Assembly: GCA_020536535.1 (NCBI GenBank)
Contig: JAHLWZ010000863.1
Span: forward strand, 4,430 to 68,429
Reading direction: 5' to 3'
Length of the DNA: 64,000 bases
Origin: Pelomyxa schiedti
Lineage: Eukaryota; Protista; Evosea
Shown here piece after piece: positions 1 through 12,131 of this stretch. Below the pieces are notes generated by a model. The model did no database searches. It had not been told where the DNA came from and was given only the letters and a program-made list of their open reading frames with translations. The translations under genes were made by a program, and so were the position numbers. Numbering within the stretch: the stretch's first letter is position 1; each line of letters begins with the position of its first letter.

Positions 1-116
1 AAATCGATTTTTCCTGCATTTCTCTGTTGTAAACCAAAAACCCTTTAACAGGTATCGGGACGCCAGGGTTTGCACTCCGTATTTTACTATTTTTCTCACC
101 TTATGCTTGCAGAAAA

Positions 117-3100
117 ATGAGCACAGTTACTAACGTAACGACTGGAGCCCAGAATCCAGGCTCCCCCAACGGACCCTCTGGAAGTGTGTTTCGTCTTTGT
201 TTTACCAATTTCTCACAACTTGGTTTAGATCCAGTGGTCCCACAAACTAACCCAAGCGAACAACCTCTCGTGGTTCCCCCAACAACCAGCACGGTGCAAT
301 CTGCTACAGTACCTTCCTGCGTGCCTGCGAGTAGTCTTGCAAAAGAGGGTACTGAAACTTCTTGTAGCCTAGGCCTCTTTCAGAAGGAGAAAGTTACCAT
401 CCACTCTGCCATTCCACTTGATGATGTGTGCACCAAGCTGGCAAGTCCGGATTGTATCTGGAAAGACCTTACACTTAGTCATACAATTGGGAGTGAGGAA
501 GCAACAAAAATTGCACAAGCACTTGCATCAAACCAGTCGCTGACTCATCTGGATCTCAGTCGTATGCCCCACTTTCTGCCTGCTGCCCCCTGAATTTCAT
601 ATCCACTAACCCAAAATCATGTTAGGCAACCTCATTGGTAATGAGGGAGTGACCGTAATCGCCGGGGCCCTGAAATCAAACAACTCGCTGCGGCATCTGA
701 ATCTGCACAGTATGTATGTCCCATAACGCTCCCTTCCAGTAATACTTCAAGACAACGAAATTGGGAATGAGGGAGCAATAGGAATTGCACGTGGACTTGC
801 ATCAAACAAGTCACTGGAGCGTCTGGATCTCAGTAGTATGCATTGCAACCCCGTCTTCGATGTATTTACGCACGACCAGACAACCAAATTGGAAATGATG
901 GCGCAACAAGTATTGCGGAACTACTCGGATCCACCAAGTCACTGACGCGTCTGGATCTCAGTGGTATGTTCAACCTCCCAATTTTTTTGACACCAATCAC
1001 TCCAGGAAACCAAATTTGGAAAGAGGGAGCAGCAAGTATTGCCCAGTATCTTAAATTAAACAAGTCACTGGCGCATCTGGATCTAAGTCGTATGTAACAG
1101 ACTTTCATTTTCTCTTCACTTTGGCAACTCATTCCCAAAACCACCCAGAGAATCCAATGGAGAATTGCGGAGCGGTAAGGATTGCAGACGCACTTCTATC
1201 AAACCAATCCCTGGCGCATCTGAATCTCAGTTGTATGTGCTATAACCCCCATCTGCTCTCTGAATGTCACTAACTCTCGGTGTGATTCCAGTCACCCAAA
1301 TGGAAGACGAGGGAGCAATAAGAATTGCCGCTGCACTTAAATCAAACAAGTCACTAGTGTCCCTGTATTTGGGACGTATGTGCTATTATTCCAATCTACT
1401 TTTCTAGATATTCTCCAAAAACTACTCCAGGTAACAGAATCAGGAATGCAGGGGCAATAAAAATCGCAGAAGCACTGAAAGTAAACCAATCACTACTATG
1501 CCTGGATTTTAAGGGTATCGGCTACCATTTCCATCTGTCAGTTAGAACCTATCGTATTCACCACTACTTCTAGGTAATAAAATTGAGAAGGAGGGAGCAA
1601 TAATGATCGCTGAGGCACTTCAATTGAACAATTCCCTTGTGTGTTTAAATCTCAGTTGTATGTTACCCCATTTCCCTCTTCCTGTAGTGAATGACGCACC
1701 AGGGAACCAAATCGGGAATGATGGAATGACAAGCATAGTACAAGCACTTGGATCAAATAAGTCGCTGGCCTGTCTGGATTTAGCTGGTATACAATAGCTC
1801 CGTATTGTGTACAAGTGTGATTTACTCTGCTAGGCAACCAAATAGGGAATGCAGGAGCAACAAGTCTTGTTAATACGCTGCAATCAAATAAGTCGCTGCT
1901 AAGTCTGGATCTGAGTTGTATGCACAATTCATTTCCTTTGAAAAAACGAGGGCGTGATGACTAGCTATAGGCAACCAAATTGATAGTGAGGGAGCAAGCT
2001 CCATCGCAGAAGCACTTTGTCGAAACCAATCGCTGATGTACCTGGATCTCAATTGTATGTGGCATCTCTCCCGTTATTTTATGTTTTATTGACGCTCGTT
2101 CAGGCAACAAAACTGGGAATAAAGGAGCAAATAGTGTTGCGCAAGCACTTAAAACAAATACCTCACTGGTGCGTCTTTGTCTCAGCTGTATGTTCCCATC
2201 TGCTCCCAATTCCCATTTAAAGACATTCCCAGGCACCCAAATTGACGCTGAGGGAGGAAGGCTAATTGCAGAGGCACTTGCAGTAAACACGCAACTGGTG
2301 CGCCTGGATCTCGCTGGTGCAGCCACCATTCCGATCTGTCTCCCAATTATCTGTAAACTAACTCCAAAATCACGTTCAGGTAACAAAATTGGGAACGATG
2401 GTGCAATTAGCATTGCTGGAGCACTTGCATCAAACAAGTCACTACAGTCTCTGAATATCAGTAGTATGTGCCATCTTTCTCATTATTTCATTAACTCTTC
2501 CCAGGTAACGGAATTGAGGATGAGGGAGCAAACAAAATTGCAGAAGCACTTAAATTAAACAAGTCACTGACACACTTAGACCTCAGTGGTATATGCCATC
2601 ACCCCTATCAACTCTGGGTTGCAATTCCCAACATGACGATTGCTCCCCCCAAATTACCGCAGGTAACCAAGTTGTAAATGAGGGAGCAGCAGGCATTGCA
2701 CAGGCACTGACACCTGAATACAATAACTCACTGACACACCTTGATCTTCATGGTACGTGGTTCCACTTCCACTTCCACTTCCCCTTCCAATTCCCACGTG
2801 CCGTATGGAACTCTCCCAGAAAACGAAATTGGGAATGAGGGAGCAACAAAAATTGCGCACACACTTGAATCAAACCGGTCACTGACTCATTTGGATCTCA
2901 GTTGTATGTACCACTTTCTGTCTGCTGCCCTCTGAATTTCATAGCCACTAACCCAAAATCACTCCAGCCAACGACATTGGGACTGTGGGAGCAACCGCCA
3001 TTGCCGAGGCACTGATATCAAACAACTCACTGTGGCATTTGGATCTGAGTTGTATGTCCCATAATTCTCCCCCTTTCCTTTAGCCCTCCAACAAACACCC

Positions 3101-5093
3101 CAAGGTAACAAAATTGGTCTGAGAGCTGATCTTAGCATTTCACACACACTCCGATCAAGGAAGAATGGATCACTGATGATTGAACCGTCTTGGGGCACGC
3201 ATCTATTTTGGTTTACCTGCGTGACCCACCCCTTTTGGGGTGCTTCTCTGCTAGTCTTGGCTTCGACCAATTCTAAAATTGCCTCCATTCAAAGCTGCAC
3301 TCCACTTTCATTAATCAGCAACATGTGGCTTGCTATGGGAGTCCCAGAGAACAAGCTACCAGGTGCGCAATTTTCCGTTCCCGAAGTTCGTGATTTACAG
3401 AATGGCCTTCCCAGTTATGACTTTCCTATTCCATACTATCACTGATAAAGCTCCCATCCAGGCTTGTACCCAAGTGAATCGGCAATTGCCAATGGTCACG
3501 CATACTTTGACAATCACTTCAGCAAGTCACCTTTACTGGCTGAACAATGTGCAGCAGTAAATATGATAGCTCCAATCAAAGACATTACTGGGCAGAGCCA
3601 ACAACTAGAGACAAGTTCTTCAATATCTTCAACATGTGGAAACACACAAGAAATCCGTACACTTCCTTTGGTTGGGAGTCCCAGTGTCACTGAATCGTCA
3701 GCGGTAGCACCACAACCTGACACAATCTCAGAAGCGGTAACGCCCCCAGCGTCCCTTGTACTTGCCACCACCATAGCCTCTGGTACGCCCAACACCAACA
3801 CAGCGGGTGCGTGGCTTGAATCTATAGATAAGGACTACCTGAAAATCATCGCCGCAAATCAACTTCGAAGGAAAGCACTCGCCAATTGCTCTTTGGAGGG
3901 ATTGCGTAACTTAGGTCTCACTACTGATGATGCAGCATTAGTCATAGAAGAGGCAAAAAACTATTCGTCAGGATATCGCTTGCGATCAGATGTCTCTCCG
4001 CAAAACTCGACTTCCAGGTTCCTATTCACCCGATTTTAGATTCTCCCTACAACTTATCACATAAATAGCTACTCTATGGCAGCTAAACTTGGCAGTGGTG
4101 GGCATAATTATAAGTGCTTTGCATTTGTTGTTGGAAATCAATCTTATAAGCACTACAACTGCCTTAAAAATGCCCTCAATGATGCAGATAAAGTAACTGA
4201 GGTATATTCCTATTTTTCTTGCAAGCTTGTATTTTTTTTAACGTGTTCCGGTTGTTTGCTGGCAATAGTTCTTCAGGGACCAATGTGGGTATGAGACATG
4301 CTGCTACCACGACATCAAAAACTTCGACGAACTTGATACAGAGGTGAGACGTTTCCAAATCAAAATGGAGACAGCTAGATCCAACGTACGATCCTTTTTT
4401 TATTTCTCTATTTCCTAAGACAAAACAGGGAAAAGTTGCCAGCATATTTTATTTTGCAGGACATGGAAAACAAGTGGCAGGACATAACTTATTGCTGATG
4501 ACGGAGGACTTAGTTCCCTCGACAATCCCCTGGGATATCTTGTGTCTCCAAATACCAGTGTTTGGCAAGATACTTAAACACATGAGGAAAGCCTCTGACC
4601 TGACTATTGGGATTCTAGATTGTTGCCGGGACTCCAGTGATTCAAGTGGACGTATTGTAATTAATTTAACAACTTCATGGGTCACACTAATTCCTCTGAA
4701 CCCAGATGCGTGCCACTGGCTCTGGAGAGCCTTCCAGTTTGGCAAAGGAAGACTTTCTAGCTGATTGCATTTTAGTTTATCCAGTTAGCCCTGGTAATTT
4801 TCTTTGCTCATTTTTTCCGTTTCAACGACACCACAGGTCGCACTACACTAGATTTTTGCCCACTGGACACCCGGCGGAGCAACGGGTTCTTCACTGGTTG
4901 CTTCCTCGAAGGTTGTTTTGTTAGGTGTCCCTTAAATACCCACACTTCTTCAGTTGTGGAATCTGCATTGCCAGGCACACCATGGAATGAACTCGAATCC
5001 AGGATAATTGAGATGGTTCAGAAATTGTCTTTTGAAACTGCGAGGACACCTTGGATCTCCAAGAGTTGTGCCCTTCGCTTTGCTCTCTTTTAA
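117..5093 (+). CDS. Multi-exon protein: ~19-20 RI/NLRC3-like LRRs, S/T/P linker, SAM-like domain, caspase-family (peptidase C14, paracaspase/metacaspase-like) domain
   Basis: LRR exons 626-709, 752-835, 880-963, 1006-1089, 1149-1232, 1292-1375, 1431-1514, 1574-1657, 1703-1786, 1834-1917, 1971-2054, 2104-2187, 2233-2316, 2380-2463, 2505-2588, 2663-2752, 2820-2903 and 2968-3051, all GT..AG flanked, consensus NxIGxEGAxxIAxALxxNxSLxxLDLS. SAM-like WLESIDKDY..LRNLGL at ~3800-3965. Protease motifs AFVVGNQSY..LKNALND, FYFAGHG (His 4462-4464), ILDCCR (Cys 4624-4626), NGFFT, TPW; stop TAA 5091-5093. Splicing at 3105-3460 is uncertain. A possible intron at 52-112 means a 5' extension outside the window cannot be excluded. 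Confidence 0.8.
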
Positions 5094-5724
5094 TCCCTGC
5101 TGTCCGTCAAAATTTTGAAAAATCTAGCCCCTCACTTATTGTTTTTCTTTCGATTCAAACGAGGCTCCATATAAAGAAGGTTAGATTGGACCAACGATTA
5201 GATACTGGGTAACAGGTCAGGGAGGGTAACCAACAGAGAGGACCTGACCCTTACCAACTACCATGATACCCCGAAGATAGGAATAGTGCCTCCCAGCAGC
5301 ATCAGTGCGGGACCCGCACTGACACTCTCTGTTAGCAGAAGGAAAGGTATTGTCGAGGACAGCTGGACTGTGTTTTGGAACTGTCCACTATCGTACCGTA
5401 ATCGCTTACCTCCACCATGCCAAAACCTAGAAATGGTCCATTGGGTGGAAGAACGACGTTGACTAGCACAAAGCGAAAAAACAAAAGGGAAAACGAAAGC
5501 AAAGGTGAAGGCGAAGGCGAGCCGTACTTGTGGAGGATGTAAACGATGATCGATGGAAACGCAACAAGTCGCGAGGGGAGCCCACAGAAAACGCAACCAA
5601 GTGTGCCCAACAAACGTGAGGAGTAGGAAAACGGAGGTTCATCCCCTCATCAGTATGGACAAACACGTAGTGATGTTGTCCTTGAGTGGTGCAGTGCCAG
5701 CAAATACTACATGCACCCTGAAGT

Positions 5725-5823
5725 CAAATGGCTGAATAAAAAAAATTCCAGACCGCCGATCCTGAGCGACGATAAGGACAATGACAGCGTTCCGGTCCGT
5801 TGATTATTTTATTCAGCCAAATG
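5725..5823. mobile_element. Tiny MITE-like element (87 bp, 11-bp TIRs, 6-bp direct flanks)
   Basis: GCTGAATAAAA (5731-5741) and TTTTATTCAGC (5807-5817) are perfect inverted repeats, flanked on both sides by CAAATG (5725-5730, 5818-5823). Confidence 0.4.
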
Positions 5824-5836
5824 GGGTCCAGTTTGG

Positions 5837-5876
5837 CAATTTGGGCCCAAATTGTGGGTTTTGCCCAAATTGGGCA
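5837..5876. repeat. Perfect 18-bp palindrome plus adjacent short inverted repeat
   Basis: CAATTTGGGCCCAAATTG (5837-5854) is its own reverse complement; TGCCCA-AAT-TGGGCA at 5862-5876. Confidence 0.7.
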
Positions 5877-6779
5877 CACTTCGGGCACCTCCAGCTTGTT
5901 GCTTCCTTGTTCCAGATTGGAGACGTCCTGCTGTTTTTTATTTCCCTTGTTAAAGCAACTGGTCCCACTAACATGCCAACCAGACACCCGGAATGATGAT
6001 GGAGAGCACAGCACTGATTCCAAAGCGGACTTCAGTCGGACCTGGCCCCTGGTATGTCCATCATTGGCTCCACTAACATGCTGACAGATAACCGGAATGA
6101 TGGAGCCACAGCTGAATAACATCAAGGTTGGCTTAAACTTCAGGTATCTTCTCTGTTTTTCTTTTTCGAGTTCTCACACTTTCTAACCAGGTGCTGTGGT
6201 GGACATGGCGGACCTCAGATGACAGCCTGTCATCACCAAAGTCAATCCCCCTCTCCCTATTGTCACCCAACTCACTCAGTATAGGTTTGAACCCAGATTG
6301 TCCCAGGTGCTGGTGTTCCCCCCCCACAGCCCCTTTCCAGTGCTGGTGCGCTTCAGTTTCAGTGAATGTTCCGATTTTTACTGGCCCATGATTCCAATTG
6401 TCGTATAGAGATCTCTATATTGCTGGTTGAGGAGACTGGTGTTTATTGTACTCATCTTTACCTGCATGAGGCCTGTAAGGTGGATTGTATTCAAATCTTG
6501 GGTGAACGATGGTGGTTGTTTGGATTTTGGCCTGGGTTGGTAAACCCAGTGGCACATTTTTTTATGTTGTTCTTCTGTTGTGTTGTTTTTGCTGTTCATT
6601 GTTTGCCATGCTGCTTGAATCAGGAGGCATTTGTATGCCTTCCAGGTCACTGGGTGGTCAGGAAGGGCATCTGGGAGCATCTTCATTAAGTGGAGCTTGT
6701 ATGCAGGATTCTCGAAGGTCCATCTTGGGGGTCTATTCCAGTTCCAGACAGTCTTGGGCTTTGGGGATACTGTCAGTAG

Positions 6780-7260
6780 TAAAAAAAAGGCTGAGGTTCA
6801 TCAATTGACCAGTTGTCAATTGTATTCTTCTGGATTACTGTCATGGTACTGTCATGGTAAATTATTGTCAGAAAAACTGGTTGGGAAATACACAATCTAC
6901 CAGTGTTTGTCTGTACTTTTATATGAGAGCTCATTGCATGTGAGTGTGCCATCAGCTGGTAAGAACAGCAGGAATTGCAACAAGCAATACAGAAGTACCT
7001 CAAAATCTGATTAGTTTTAACTTGGATGTAGGTGCCAGCTTTCCACTTATATTTTGATGAGTCCACAAGGGATGCTCAGCATCATGTTATGGTGTTGGTT
7101 TCCTACTGGAATCAGCATGAAGATGTTCCTGTGCAGGTAAGACATTTCCTCTTTAATTGGATATCAACATTTGTTCTTAATCCAAACAGGACAGATTCTG
7201 TGATTAACACTCACTGATACAGAGCTTCAGCTTGCAGGAAAGACATCTGAAACAGCACGA
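6780..7260 (+). pseudogene. Degenerate hAT-like DDE transposase remnant
   Basis: FHLYFDESTRDAQHHVMVLVSYW (7041-7109) resembles the first catalytic-Asp motif of hAT transposases (F.I..DESTD....QL...VRY). Frames are broken by stops and the region is strongly CpG-depleted. Confidence 0.4.
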
Positions 7261-7453
7261 AAGAAAGCTATAACTGGAAACTTTGAAACTACAAAAAAGG
7301 CTGTGGCTCTTATCAGGGAAAGGCAAACCCAAGCTGCCTCGTCCAATTTAACAGATTTCACAGTGTGGTGTCAAAAACACAGAAATTGGATTTATTTGAA
7401 GTCATCGGTTTCACACAACATTGAATCGAATCGGGCCGCAAATTTTCATTTCA

Positions 7454-9039
7454 TTACCAGGCAACAGTAACAACAGCACCAGCTGGAACTGTGGTGGTGA
7501 TGATAGTGGATGACTTCATTGTTACTGTTACAGTCTGGTCCTTACTTGCAGAGTTGGCAAGCACCACAGCACAGTGCCCACTAGCGGTGTCATAGAAGGC
7601 AATGTTGGAGATGCTCTTGGATGTGACATCCGTGGATGAAACGTGGTACCACCCAGGCTGCACGAACCTGGAAGCATGCGCGACAATGTAGTACTGGACA
7701 TTGCGTGTGATGATGGCATCAGCACCGTTGCTCTGAAGGTCAATTGTGATGGCTGGTAGGCACACATCGCAACCTCCAACAGTGTGTGGCCCATTGTCTG
7801 GATCAGCAGCGAGGTTCCACAACAGTACGCTGCGGGCCCAGTTCTGCGAAGCACCCACAATGAGGTTTTGCACACCCCACATGAAATCCCCAGTGAAATT
7901 GCCAGGGGCTGGAGTGTATTGCTCTGTGAAGTATATGTCCTTTGCAGGGAACATGTTGTGGACCTCACTCATCGCAGAAACATCCCCAGCATACAGATGG
8001 TAAGCCGAGCCAGATACGTAGGAGTAAGCCCCAGAGTCTGACAAGACAGTCTCGGGATATCCAGGCTCGTCGCAATTGTGGTCATAGGTGAGAATTTTTA
8101 CACCGAGGGAGGGCCCACCAGCAGCCTTCATGGTCGGTCCAAGGTAATCCCTGATGAAAACAGTTTCCTCGTCAGCAGACATCACCATACTTGGGTTGTT
8201 TCCACCATAAAGCGGCTCATTCTGTGGTGTAATACCTGTGATTGTAATACCTGCATCGGCCATCTCTTCAAAGTACCTGGATAAACCACATTAATAGAGT
8301 AAAAACCCGTATCAACCAACACTACTAGATTCAATTTATAGCCCAAACTAAAACCATACTTCTCTTACCACAACTTGAAACTTTGGAAATCGTAGGGGAA
8401 AACGGGGGGGAAAAAAAGGGGGGGAATAGGAAGAAAAGAGTACTTGACAAAGTAGTTTGCGTAGACCTGGTAGTATTCCGTCAACAAACTGCCGCCGATA
8501 AACGCGTTGTTTGACTTCATCCACGCCGGAGCCGACCACGGCGTCGCCAGCAGCTCGATGCCGGGCCTGATTCCCACAATCTCGGCGAGCACCGGCATCA
8601 GCGTCGCGTTCTCGCGGCCGGCGACGCTGAAGTGGGCCAGCGCGACGTCGCCGGCGACGTCGTCGTAGGTGTAGGGCTCGGCGCACATGTCGCACGCGCC
8701 GAGGTTGACGCGCAGGAAGGCCGACGCGACGCCGGTCTCGTTGCTGCCGACGCCGCCGACGTCGGCGAAGAGCTCGCGCAGCAGCGAGGCGCGCTGGGCG
8801 TCGGGCAGCGAGGCGAGGAGGCCGGCGCTGCCGCACGTCATCGCCCAGCCGAAACCCGACATGACCTGGAAGCGGGACGAGGGGTCCACGTCGACGGACA
8901 CGGACGAGGCGGCTGGGGGCAGCCGAGAGGTAACGTCTTGCTTCTGGAACAGGACGGACTGGTCGGGGGTGGTGAGCCACACCTCCACTGCGGATGCACC
9001 ACAAAACAGCCACAAAAGCACCGCCAATGCACACCGCAT
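7454..9039 (-). CDS. Secreted glycoside hydrolase family 30 (glucosylceramidase / endo-beta-1,6-glucanase-like)
   Basis: Two exons, 9039-8444 and 8276-7454 (intron 8443-8277). Signal peptide MRCALAVLLWLF; motifs GFGWAMT, PWSAPAWMK, QNEP (acid/base), FTEQ (nucleophile), WNLA, HASRFVQPG. Confidence 0.92.
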
Positions 9040-9253
9040 CTTTTTTTTTTTCTTTTCCCATTCGTTGAAAGCACGTGAAACGACACCAAGAATTCGAGGC
9101 AGGCATTTTTTTAGGTGTGTTGCAACGTTGCAGATCGAGTTGCAAGGCAGGAAGATGCCGAAAGGGTGAGAAACCAAGTTGACTGACCAAGTTGCCTAGA
9201 CACGTTTAAAATGTTGTTACAATAAACAGCAAAAACAAAGGATCAAGCCAACA

Positions 9254-11746
9254 ATGATCGCGAGTGCAGCTGCCTCTGTTGTGAGTGCGAGCGCGACAAC
9301 AGGGTCAACACCATTTTTTGCGCTGATGGGTGACGTGGGCTCCGGGAAATCCACACTTTGTGAGAAGTTGACAGGCAGAACCGGACTGAGTTCCAACTCT
9401 AAAACGTCCTTCACAAAGGACTCCAAGGTTTGTTTCATTTTGCGCCGATAATTTAATTTTAAGTCAAATTACATTACACGGAAAAACCCAATTTCGTGTA
9501 GGTCTTCCCAGTTGAAAACAGATACTGGATTGCCGATACTCCGGGGCTCAATTCGTCAAAAGGACGTGTGGAACCTGCCCTGAGTCTATTGGGTGCATTG
9601 CGATTCAAGCCAGTCACGTGCCTTCTTATGGTGTGTTCCCTCAAAGACCGTCTTGATGGTTTGGAGGAAGCCGTCAGTGATCTCGTGGCTCCTTTCGTTG
9701 AGGAGTTCGGGAACAACATCGCGGTAATTGTCACCAAGAAGGATACGGCTACAAATATCACTGTTGCTGAAGTCATTGAGACGGTGCAAGAGTTGGGACT
9801 TGAGAGGGTTACAGTCACTAGTCGGCACACTACAAAGGCGGAATTGATGGAATTCCTTCAAACACTGGAAGGCATTCCACCAATTGACGTCACCATCGCT
9901 CCGGCCCAGTTGGTTTCGTACTTCAACTTGGCTCCAAATGACTTAAAGATGAGAGCCGTTTACAACAGGTATGTAACGCACTATAAGAAGCTGGCTGAAT
10001 CAGGAACCCAGTACATGAACACGCTAGCAGGAGACCTGAAACGAGACTTCGCGTTCTCTTTCAAGGCAATCATGTGTGATCTCCTCCCAAAGTACCAGGC
10101 TCAGTTTTTTGATGAATTGGGAAGCACAGAAGGAGGCCTTCTTTGGAGTGGTGAAATGAAGAAAGAGTGCAGACGCCAGCTATTGGAAATCAGAAACCAC
10201 TGCAAAGAGGAACTTTATCTCAACCATAATTCTCAGTTCCGGCGTTGTCCCCACTGTGGGAATGTTTGGGTTCTTGTTGAGGGTTGTGAGGGAGTAACAA
10301 CGTGTGGGAGCAAGCCTGAAACTGCTAAAGAGTGGAGGCCATTGAATGTCTTTGAATGGGACTTCAACAGCCTTTTGGCTACTGGTGATGTTTTTGACTG
10401 GTCAAGTGCCCCAATAACACATACTTGCCGATTCACAGACACTCAGGTGAAACAGTACCTGGCAAATCCAAAAACAACACCAACCACAGCCAGGGTAATG
10501 AGAGTGCTCCACACTGTCATCACACAAACTGACCAAGACTATGCCAACAAACAGATTGCTAGTTTTAATTTAGTGCTGATGAAAGAGATGAGGAGGCTTT
10601 ACTGTAACGTTGCCATGAATTTCAGATATTGGTGGTGGAGTCTTCGAAGAGAAAGGTACCCGATCTTGGAGCTCACAATTTGCTTTAATAACGAACTCGA
10701 GCGTTTCTTTGAACGAAACACAGCAGGCTCTCGTGCTGAGCTGACCAAACCCTGTGGACAAAAAATAGCATGGAAAGACATGGCGCCTGTTTCACTGCCC
10801 TCTGATTGGACCGCCCAGTGGGAATGCATTGAAAGAAGTGTCAAGGAGATTCCCGACACAGCTACTGACATCAACCTCCACTACCATCTCAAAAACAAAG
10901 TCACTCCTGAAGTGACCGTTGCCGTGGACCAACCTGTGGCAGCTGCCTTTAAAGCATTAAGAACCATGACGAAATGGAACCAAAGTGACTGCTGCGTTGT
11001 CAAGGTTCGCGACACTGTTCGTGGCAAGTTCTTCTTTCCACTCCCAAAAGGTGCTCCAGTAACACCACTGAGAACACTGCTAGTGAGCAATCCCATATTC
11101 AATGATCCCAGAGTTGGAAGAGCAGTGACCAGAAGCAGAGGCTGGAATGGTCTCACAGATGACGAAATTCGAATCATCTCACTATTCACAACGGACTTGG
11201 TCTTTCACACCCTCAACTCTGCACTGCACCACAGGAAACCAACCGCAACCGATCTCAATATCACAGCTTATCTCCTGCACTCCCTCAACAAGTGCCCTCC
11301 TAAACCAGGGAAAGTGTACAGGGGCCTCGAACACTTCAAAGCAACTGCCGATCCAGCCACTCAATATGTGCCAGGCAAACACGTGATTTGGGTTTCATTC
11401 GCCAGCTGCAGCAGGAAAGTTGAAAGAGCCCAGTTTTTCTGCAAGGGACTCAAGAATGCACCAAGAACACTGTTTGAAATCGACCAAGTGTCAGGTGTCG
11501 ACATCAAGGCGGTTTCCGTCGTCGAAGACGAGTACGAGACACTCCTGATGCCAAACAGTCTTCCAGGTGGTGAGTGTCAAACAGGAGGGGCAACTTGACA
11601 AGGTTCACCTGAGAGAGGTGCCCAAAGGACCAGATTTGCTGTGCATGATGGAGTGTGCAGCGTCGCCATATTGGCCAGGGGATGACACTCCTTGGGCAAC
11701 TTCCTTGGCCTTCTTGTCTGCAAGTGCAGTCAAGGGATCCCCTTAG
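9254..11746 (+). CDS. GTPase + Zn finger + mono-ADP-ribosyltransferase, copy A (apparent 2-nt frameshift near the 3' end; ORF stops at 11598)
   Basis: Exons 9254-9427 and 9502 onward (intron 9428-9501). G1 GDVGSGKS, G3 DTPG, G4 TKKD; CPHC..GC..TTCG; ART motifs VYRG (R 11320), SCS (11404), E-Y-E (11530-11538). Relative to copy B, 'ac' is missing at ~11557, and the shifted frame matches copy B to TAG 11744-11746. Confidence 0.85.
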
Positions 11747-12131
11747 TGTCCCAATATCATAAAGTCAAAAACGACGTTCTGCGAATCTAATAGGACTCAG
11801 GCTTTTAAAAAAAATACCCGTGGTTCAGCTAACAGATCAGGCTCCCAACCTAGGTGAACGTTCCCGACCTACAGTCCAGAACCACAGAGGTGAGGACAAC
11901 ACTGCCGGTTGTTTCGGCAAGAACAAGGCGAGTCTCTGGGGGGTGGTCATTAGAAATCATCAGAAACAATTAGAAACCGATTAGAACGTCATTTTGGACA
12001 TACCTTAGATCAAAAAAGGAGTGACCAAGTTGACAGACGAAGTTGGCAAGTTTTCTTTTTTGGAGGAAAGACTGAGAAAAAGTTGGTTTTGATCACGGAG
12101 GAGGTTGTTTGGCGCAAGTATTGAATCAACA

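Noticed and set aside
490-3104. Regularly spaced repeats with unique spacers, superficially CRISPR-like
   Set aside because: The repeats are divergent 84-nt LRR-coding exons and the spacers are GT-AG introns; no cas genes.
117-5093. Canonical NLR (NACHT/NB-ARC) call
   Set aside because: No Walker A or NACHT motifs are visible in the gene within this window.
5208-5666. Short ORFs and an imperfect hairpin (ggtaacaggtcagg..cctgacccttacc)
   Set aside because: No recognisable motifs, and the hairpin is too imperfect to call.
6133-6780. Possible LINE 3' remnant on the minus strand
   Set aside because: Only vague resemblance (ETEAH, STWLE); no RT or endonuclease motif, so it is not supportable as a feature.
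8348-9190. Long overlapping Arg/Ala/Pro-rich ORFs
   Set aside because: Shadow frames of the GC-rich GH30 exon.
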